Virus record (IMG/VR): IMGVR_UViG_3300044648_000096
Coordinates: 1-53,974 of that record
Length of the DNA: 53,974 nt
DNA from: a virus
Lineage: Duplodnaviria; Caudoviricetes
Direction: 5' to 3' (one strand)
Position 1 is the first letter of the stretch. Every line of letters starts with the position of its first letter. The notes beneath the pieces were generated by a model. That model made no database searches and had not been told where the DNA came from. It saw only the letters and a program-made list of their open reading frames with translations. Made by a program: the position numbers and the translations under genes. Below, one piece after another: positions 48,033 to 53,974 of the stretch.

Positions 48033-48589
48033 ACTCGTTGCGGTTTTTTATTCCGCACAATTTCGTAATTTTTCTTATTACGCTGTAAAATTTCTATGTA
48101 GCTGTTCTGCTGATCGCCTTTTAGTTGACCTTCCTTCAAAACATCTTCGTAAATCTCATTCTCGATAGCTTTTATGCGGTTATTAAGCATATCAATAGAC
48201 TTTAGACAGTTTTCAAGTGCTTTCCCGTCCAAAGTTGGGATTTCCCCCTGCAACTGCGCGACTTTATTGCGATAGGTTTGCTTTAATTCTTCTTTTTCAT
48301 CGTACTGCAACGACTTGTATGCCTCAATAGCCACCATTATACGGTGACTTTTATCATCATCTTCAATGGCCTTTAGGATTTTTGGGTTGTTGTCCCCAAA
48401 AGCCTCTATCATTGCCCTGCGAATTCGGTCTTGTTGGTTAAAACGACGAAATGGGCTGTGATAATCGTAGGCGGCAGCTATAAAGCATAATTCTTCGTCA
48501 GATATTCCCGACAGTTCAGGGCATAAAGCCACGCAAGCTGGGCGCAAGGCGACTTTGTTTTTTGTATCAAGATATATGACGTAGCTCAT
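48029..48589 (-). CDS. Conserved protein upstream of terL (possible terminase small subunit)
   Basis: YDYHSPF motif, helical, coupled to terL. Confidence 0.5.
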   Translation of the reverse strand: MSYVIYLDTKNKVALRPACVALCPELSGISDEELCFIAAAYDYHSPFRRFNQQDRIRRAMIEAFGDNNPKILKAIEDDDKSHRIMVAIEAYKSLQYDEKEELKQTYRNKVAQLQGEIPTLDGKALENCLKSIDMLNNRIKAIENEIYEDVLKEGQLKGDQQNSYIEILQRNKKNYEIVRNKKPQRV

Positions 48590-48933
48590 TAGTTGCTGTT
48601 TGGATTAAGCGATAACAATTCATCGCCGCTATCGAATTCCTCAACTAAAATTCCGTCAACTTCTTCCCCCCATCCGCGTTGTTCGGCTATATCTCTAGCC
48701 TCATTCCAATCGCCTGATTTTGAAACAATGATAGTTCCGCAATATGGGCGCGGTTCAAATTCGTTGTAAGGGCAATCGGCGGGAGCTTCCCCCATAACTT
48801 CGGTTGCTTTTTTGGCATCGAATACAGCTCTAGTTGTAAAAACTCGCTCATCGACTAACAAAACCTTCTTAAAGTTTTCGTCTTTAACCTCATCAAAAGC
48901 TCGGAAGTGTTTATTTACGTTTTTAGGTATCAT
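48589..48933 (-). CDS. Hypothetical protein
   Basis: 114-aa acidic ORF. Confidence 0.6.
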   Translation of the reverse strand: MIPKNVNKHFRAFDEVKDENFKKVLLVDERVFTTRAVFDAKKATEVMGEAPADCPYNEFEPRPYCGTIIVSKSGDWNEARDIAEQRGWGEEVDGILVEEFDSGDELLSLNPNSN

Positions 48934-48973
48934 TTTTACGGATTTTGTAATTTTTATTTCGGCGGGAGATTAT

Positions 48974-49195
48974 TTACTGATTTTGTAAAGAGGTGTCAAT
49001 GAATTTTACATCCGTCCCGTCAGGATTGAAAATTTTAACTGGATTTTCTACGTCTTTTCCAGAATAATTTCCACTTGCTTTTGAGCAATACACAATTACG
49101 CCCTCTTTTTTGTATTTCTCTATAATGTCATTCATTTTAGCGTTTTTGGGCAAGGCGGCTAAATCATAAGCTAGTATTTGTTTTTCTTCACTCAT
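48974..49195 (-). CDS. Mini-protein paralogous to an internal portal segment
   Basis: ILAYDLAALPKN-x21-ASGNYSGK versus portal ILAYDLAALPKN-x21-ASGNFSGK. Confidence 0.8.
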   Translation of the reverse strand: MSEEKQILAYDLAALPKNAKMNDIIEKYKKEGVIVYCSKASGNYSGKDVENPVKIFNPDGTDVKFIDTSLQNQ

Positions 49196-49947
49196 ATCAA
49201 AATGCTTTTTTGTAATAATTTCTCTTTTATCTTATCCTTGTTCAGCTCCAATAATGCCATGACATCGTGCTTTAAGTAAGGTACGTGTATTTTCTTGTGA
49301 TTCACTTTTCCCACGCGACAGGTCGATGGTTGTATCAAATGTATGAAAAGTTCTTTAATCTTTTTCCCGGTCAATTTCTCAGCGTGATACCCATAATAAC
49401 TTAACTGGAACGCTGTTTTCATAAACTTACTATTGGGTAAGTGATCGAAAGGAGCAAATAACCAACCTCTGCCTTTATACAAATCATCTTCCATGTTCTC
49501 ATAACATTTGGTGTCCGATAAAACAATTTGGCTGTCTTTGCGGTTAGTTGTTAGGCAAAGGGTGTCGGTTGTCCCGGCGGTTCTGAATTCTTCGCAATAA
49601 AGTATAGTTTGTGGGAATTTCTTAGCATACGCTCCGTACATCACCGACAGTTCTAACACCGCTAGCTGTATATCATTGAACTCGGCGGGGATTTCATCAT
49701 GCTTCAAGTAATGAGTTAAAGCGGCATCAACTCTTACCCCCTCCGATCTTTGTTCGTCCCATTTGGCTAATGTTTTTTCCATACCCTCTTGGTTTTTACC
49801 GCCAGTAAAGTATGCTATCTTATTAGCGTCAAATCTAGGGGCTAAGAATTCATAGCACTCGCTAAAAGACATATAGTAATTCCCCGCCGAATCGGTGTAT
49901 TCATGCGTTTCTTCATTAAGATTTACCTTTGCGGGGAATAAGCTCAT
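49192..49947 (-). CDS. PD-(D/E)xK exonuclease
   Basis: EETHEY, AGTTD...LSDTK, FQLSYY motifs. Confidence 0.75.
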   Translation of the reverse strand: MSLFPAKVNLNEETHEYTDSAGNYYMSFSECYEFLAPRFDANKIAYFTGGKNQEGMEKTLAKWDEQRSEGVRVDAALTHYLKHDEIPAEFNDIQLAVLELSVMYGAYAKKFPQTILYCEEFRTAGTTDTLCLTTNRKDSQIVLSDTKCYENMEDDLYKGRGWLFAPFDHLPNSKFMKTAFQLSYYGYHAEKLTGKKIKELFIHLIQPSTCRVGKVNHKKIHVPYLKHDVMALLELNKDKIKEKLLQKSILI

Positions 49948-50594
49948 AGTGACTGTAAGAATTTATATAATTCAAAATTCCACCTCGCGTCCGAAAGCGC
50001 ATTGTGTTCGTTTATTTGTTTCGGATATTTAGAGTGCCCCTTAAAAGACTTTAACGCAACATCAAAGCTGTTATTCCCTTTTATTCTATTAACCTCAAGG
50101 TCTACCATTTGCTTTAAGTCAACACAAAACATTGGAAATCCTTTTGGTAAATCAATCATTCTGCCAAACAAAGAACAAAATAATACCCAATCATAATCAG
50201 AATAATATCCATAAAACTCAGGATTATCAACTTTCATTTTAAGTCCATGTCTAATTCCACGAACTTCCTTCATTTCTTCTGGTAGCGGGTCATAAACCTT
50301 ACAACAACCCTCTCCATTATCACAAACGGCATAAGGCATTGTAAAATCAATGATTTCACTTGCTATTTGCCGATTTGATTTGGCGTATTTTTTTTCGTAA
50401 TTAATTGGTTTGATAACATTTTCTTTAACCCATTCATCTGCATCGTTTGGGTTAAATTCGTTGCTAACAGCATAATATTCGCGTCCGTCCTCAGCAATAA
50501 TTCCAACACTAATAAGGTCAATAAAATGCCTACGCTTACCAAATAAGGGCTTATGAAAGCCCTCTATGAACTCAAAATCTATAAAATACTTCAT
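49944..50594 (-). CDS. DEDDh 3'-5' exo(ribo)nuclease, Rv2179c-like
   Basis: YFIDFEF, LISVG, YYSDYDWV, DLKQ, HNALSDARW. Confidence 0.85.
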   Translation of the reverse strand: MKYFIDFEFIEGFHKPLFGKRRHFIDLISVGIIAEDGREYYAVSNEFNPNDADEWVKENVIKPINYEKKYAKSNRQIASEIIDFTMPYAVCDNGEGCCKVYDPLPEEMKEVRGIRHGLKMKVDNPEFYGYYSDYDWVLFCSLFGRMIDLPKGFPMFCVDLKQMVDLEVNRIKGNNSFDVALKSFKGHSKYPKQINEHNALSDARWNFELYKFLQSL

Positions 50595-51272
50595 TTATGC
50601 TGTTTTAGCGTTTAATTCTATTACAGGGGTTGTTTCTTCGTCGATAACAAAGTTCTCGTCGGGGTTAACGGTAATATATCCTTTGCCTTGTAAAAACTCC
50701 TGACAAAACGCCTTTTGTTCTTCCTCGCTCATGTTCTTGAAGTCATTCAAATCTTCCTCTCCTTTTTTACCCTTCCTTATAAGATTCTCCACATACCTCA
50801 GTCCCATTTCCTCAACCGATACTGGCCTATTCCCAGCCGCGTACTCCCTTACTTCCTCCAAAATCTCGCCAAAAATTTTCTTAACCTCAGCAAATTCAGG
50901 GTACTTATCTTCTTCCTCTAATACGGCGGTTTTCAACTTAATCGTTTTCCCCGTTTCCTGATTCACCAGCTTTGTCCCGGTAATTACAAAGGCATTGTTA
51001 CCTTTTAATTCCACATCGGTAATCGTAGTGTCATTCACCGCGAACTCAAATTCCATTTCATCGCGCGGGTTTTGACAAACTTCGCAGAGATTCAACAAAT
51101 GTGATCGCAATTCTTTAAACTTTTTCTCTAATCCCAAATGGATAGGATACTTCGGTTCGTGTTTGGCGGGAGTCATATAACTAAACCCGTCCTTAAATTC
51201 TTCTACTTTCCCTTTTAATTTTAAACCGCTAATTCCGTTTTCAACTAGCGTAACCCGTTCTATTATGTTCAT
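50595..51272 (-). CDS. Hypothetical protein
   Basis: 225-aa ORF coupled to both neighbours. Confidence 0.7.
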   Translation of the reverse strand: MNIIERVTLVENGISGLKLKGKVEEFKDGFSYMTPAKHEPKYPIHLGLEKKFKELRSHLLNLCEVCQNPRDEMEFEFAVNDTTITDVELKGNNAFVITGTKLVNQETGKTIKLKTAVLEEEDKYPEFAEVKKIFGEILEEVREYAAGNRPVSVEEMGLRYVENLIRKGKKGEEDLNDFKNMSEEEQKAFCQEFLQGKGYITVNPDENFVIDEETTPVIELNAKTA

Positions 51273-52162
51273 ATTTCTATTTTTAATTGATTTTTTCTTT
51301 TGTTTTCATAAAACTTTAACATTGATTGTCTCATTTTTTCAAGGGTTTCTTTACTTCTTGGCGGCCTTTTACTTTGAAATTCACTCATTTTTTTTCTAGC
51401 CTCAACAGATGCTTTCCTACCTTTTAGTTTAGCTTTAGTTTCATCAGAAAGCTTTTTGCCTAATTTTGCTTCTCTTATTTTCTGCTTAGTCTCGATAGAA
51501 TGTTTCTTGCCATAAAAAGGATTTCGCTCTCCATTTATGTTATCGCAAAACTTTAACCGATGCTCTTTAGATAATTTTTTTCCCTTCTTTTTTTCACTAA
51601 GAAGTTTTTTAGTTTCTTCATTGTGCTTTTTTCCAAAAAAAGGATTGCTCTCTCCAAATTTCCTAACACCATTAAAATTAGAATTTTTTCTCATTTTTTC
51701 TATGGTTTCAGGTTTATGTTTTTTACCAACCCACCATTTAGATATTTTTTCTGCGTGTTCTGGCGATAATTTTTTTCCTTTTCTAGCTGCGCTAATTTTC
51801 TTTTTAGCTTCTTCTGATAACGGAATACCCATCCTAGAGTCAGCCTTTTTAAGAACATTATATTCTGGACATAAAGAATCAAGATAAAACTGCTCCCTTG
51901 AAATAATAAACTCTTTTTTTATTTCTTCTATAATTTCTAAAACCTCAAACGAAAAAGAAGATTCTCCATACTTATTAAAATCATTTTGGAGTTTGAAGCT
52001 GTGATGTTTTCCTTTTCTCAACGTAATCAAATGAGAATTTTTTCTAATTCTCATGTTTAATGTAGAACCAATATATATCTTTCCGTTTATAACATTTGTT
52101 ATACTATAAATACAACAAAAATCTGTTTTGCTGTGATCTTCTATTTTATTCCAAAATGCCAT
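51269..52162 (-). CDS. GIY-YIG homing endonuclease with NUMOD3-type repeats
   Basis: CIYSITNVINGKIYIGS, REQFYLD, YN; repeated NPFFGKKH.EETK. Confidence 0.9.
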   Translation of the reverse strand: MAFWNKIEDHSKTDFCCIYSITNVINGKIYIGSTLNMRIRKNSHLITLRKGKHHSFKLQNDFNKYGESSFSFEVLEIIEEIKKEFIISREQFYLDSLCPEYNVLKKADSRMGIPLSEEAKKKISAARKGKKLSPEHAEKISKWWVGKKHKPETIEKMRKNSNFNGVRKFGESNPFFGKKHNEETKKLLSEKKKGKKLSKEHRLKFCDNINGERNPFYGKKHSIETKQKIREAKLGKKLSDETKAKLKGRKASVEARKKMSEFQSKRPPRSKETLEKMRQSMLKFYENKRKNQLKIEI

Positions 52163-52293
52163 TTAATTAAATTACGTGTTTTATTCCAGATTCGGTGGGG
52201 AAAAGAAAGACGCATAATCGTACCATATCTGTACTTTTCTTCTTTCCAATATACATCAAACTCCGTCATCTAAAACAATATATTGATTCGTAC

Positions 52294-52542
52294 TCATCTT
52301 GCATATTCATCCAATTTTTTAAAATATCCACAAACTGCATCACCCTCATACCAAATAACATTAGTCTTTGCTCTCCCAGTTACACTAATCGTTCTTCTTT
52401 GAATGGTCATGTGGTTCATGTATTTCGGCGGGGAAATAGACTTCTTCTCTACAAAGTCCGTCACAGCCAAAACCTTATCCGCCGGGATTAAACCGCTCCC
52501 AACCAAAAAACCCAACGATCTTAAAAATCCCCTTCTTTCCAT
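52294..52542 (-). CDS. Mini-protein with twin-arginine-like leader fused to a major capsid fragment
   Basis: MERRGFLRSLG followed by YMNHMTIQRRTISVTGRAKTNVIWYE (17/26 identical to the MCP). Confidence 0.75.
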   Translation of the reverse strand: MERRGFLRSLGFLVGSGLIPADKVLAVTDFVEKKSISPPKYMNHMTIQRRTISVTGRAKTNVIWYEGDAVCGYFKKLDEYAR

Positions 52543-52826
52543 TACAAGTTCTGTAAATTTTTATCGTCGGCGGGATTTTTTACATCTTCTGTAAATTCTA
52601 CACTCAATATCCCCAACAACTCCGATCTATTCTTAGCCAACCTCGCAGCAATCAAATTTAAAACCCTGTCCCTTTCTTTCTTATCCGACTCATAATTCTC
52701 ACTATACAAAATAGGAAAACTAACAAGACTCATTAATTCCTCATCACCCCTTATCAACCCAATCAACTCACCCTTACGACTACTTTCCATTCGCCAACCC
52801 CTTCCTATATTCCTCCAACTTCTCAA
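52542..52826 (-). CDS. Hypothetical protein (start likely MESSRK)
   Basis: ORF coupled to both neighbours. Confidence 0.55.
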   Translation of the reverse strand: MRSWRNIGRGWRMESSRKGELIGLIRGDEELMSLVSFPILYSENYESDKKERDRVLNLIAARLAKNRSELLGILSVEFTEDVKNPADDKNLQNL

Positions 52827-52986
52827 TCTCCGCCAACTTCAAATCAATAGCACCATTCATCAAATCCGTCAAACTCCCATACTTACCCTTCCACTCCCGC
52901 AACCTCGCCAACCTTACCCTGCTAACCCTTACACTATCCGTCTCATCAGCCATAATCCTTTCACTACTATTTTTATTCTCACTCAT
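52780..52986 (-). CDS. Small ribbon-helix-helix-like DNA-binding protein
   Basis: SVRVS..RLARL...SLTDLMNGAI; first gene after TACATTTG (52991-52998). Confidence 0.45.
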   Translation of the reverse strand: MSENKNSSERIMADETDSVRVSRVRLARLREWKGKYGSLTDLMNGAIDLKLAEIEKLEEYRKGLANGK

Positions 52987-53274
52987 ACCACAAATGTAAG
53001 CAAACCTCTACAATAAAATTATTTTATATAATATTTTTTCTAACATAGTTTTCCACAATCTAACACAAATTAATCCGATATGGGGTGGGTAGGTTTATGG
53101 GATAATTACACCCTCTTTGCGTTTTCGGGAATCGCCCAACGTAGGGGGGGCGGTTGAATTTTAGAAGCTGGATTTAGAAAGCATTCTTTTTTAGGATTTA
53201 CGGCTGTTAGTAAGTTTTGCACTACTACACTGCATTTATTTGTAAGTTTGGCATCAAATCAATTTATAGTTTGC

Positions 53275-53502
53275 ATGAGAATATATGGTATATCCAAAGA
53301 AAACGAGCTAATGCCGGACGCGTACAAGTCATTAAGGCCACTTTGTAAGGCATACGGCATTAGTTATAGCACCGCAGCACACGGTAAGACAGAGTTCTTA
53401 ATAGGTGGCGTGAAGCTTAAAATCCACACCTTTTATTTAAACAAAATTAAGGGAAGGGGCAACCCTAATATAGGCAAGTATGCTAAAGGCGGCAATAATT
53501 AG
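53275..53502 (+). CDS. Small basic hypothetical protein (possible DNA-binding)
   Basis: ATG at 53275; YKSLRPLCKAYGISYST; TAAGTTTG at 53243-53250 upstream. Confidence 0.5.
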   Translation: MRIYGISKENELMPDAYKSLRPLCKAYGISYSTAAHGKTEFLIGGVKLKIHTFYLNKIKGRGNPNIGKYAKGGNN

Positions 53503-53974
53503 ATATAGGCGCGTTTCGTTTGCTTCTAGCGTTAGATACTGGCTTCATATATTATTGCCTTAAATCGCTTTATTTTACGTTATACGGTGTTTTAGGGTAA
53601 TTTGTATTATATCCCCTCTGTTTTGATTTGTGGGTTTTGGGTTGGTGTTTGGGTTTGGGTTTAGGTGTGTTTTGTGATTGGTGTTAGATGTTTTGAATCA
53701 ATTTTAACATAATATGAGTTAAGTGTATGTGTTATGTCTCTGTTTGAGTCTTGTGTGTTATTTCCCCGCCGAGTTTACAGAATTTGTAAATATTGGGTGT
53801 TTGGGTTTTACCGGGATTCCCGGTGCGTTTATGGCTTTTTAGTTTACTTTGAGGTGTTAAAGTATATTAGCTAGTGTTATAGTTTACTTTAGTTTCTCCC
53901 CGCGCGATTTACAAATCTTGTAAATTATCAATAGATCATCTTATTATTTACACCCTCTGTAATTGCATGAATAA

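Noticed and set aside
11741-52594. Short + strand ORFs antisense to the late genes
   Set aside because: These are shadow frames of long - strand genes, with no motifs or independent signals.
1-53974. Stop-codon reassignment as in some crAss-like phages
   Set aside because: Standard-code ORFs tile the window densely, and TAG, TGA and TAA all end coupled genes.

Overview
About 54 kb of an AT-rich crAss-like (Crassvirales-related, podovirus-type) phage genome. TAnnTTTG promoter elements point to a Bacteroidota host. Positions 1-8951 (+) hold an early/DNA-metabolism operon: 3'-5' exonuclease, ParB-like protein, SSB, RusA-like and HNH nucleases, and GroES. It ends in a tyrosine recombinase preceded by an integron-like cassette array. 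Positions 8955-52986 (-) hold the late module: terminase, portal, scaffold, major capsid, ring, muzzle and tail proteins, a lysis cassette, ejection/polyvalent proteins, and nucleases including a free-standing GIY-YIG endonuclease. Main findings: (1) a phage-borne integron-like array with nested inverted repeats, in which an ORF starts inside a giant attC-like loop and reads in frame through the GTT site into a start-less cassette, suggesting protein-domain shuffling; (2) two mini-genes that copy internal fragments of this phage's own portal and major capsid proteins, with synonymous divergence shown for the portal copy; (3) paired TTACA-N5-TGTAA boxes spaced 38 bp apart at six loci and 39 bp at a seventh; (4) strong over-representation of GCGGG/CCCGC. 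All product calls come from motif reading and synteny; no database searches were run.
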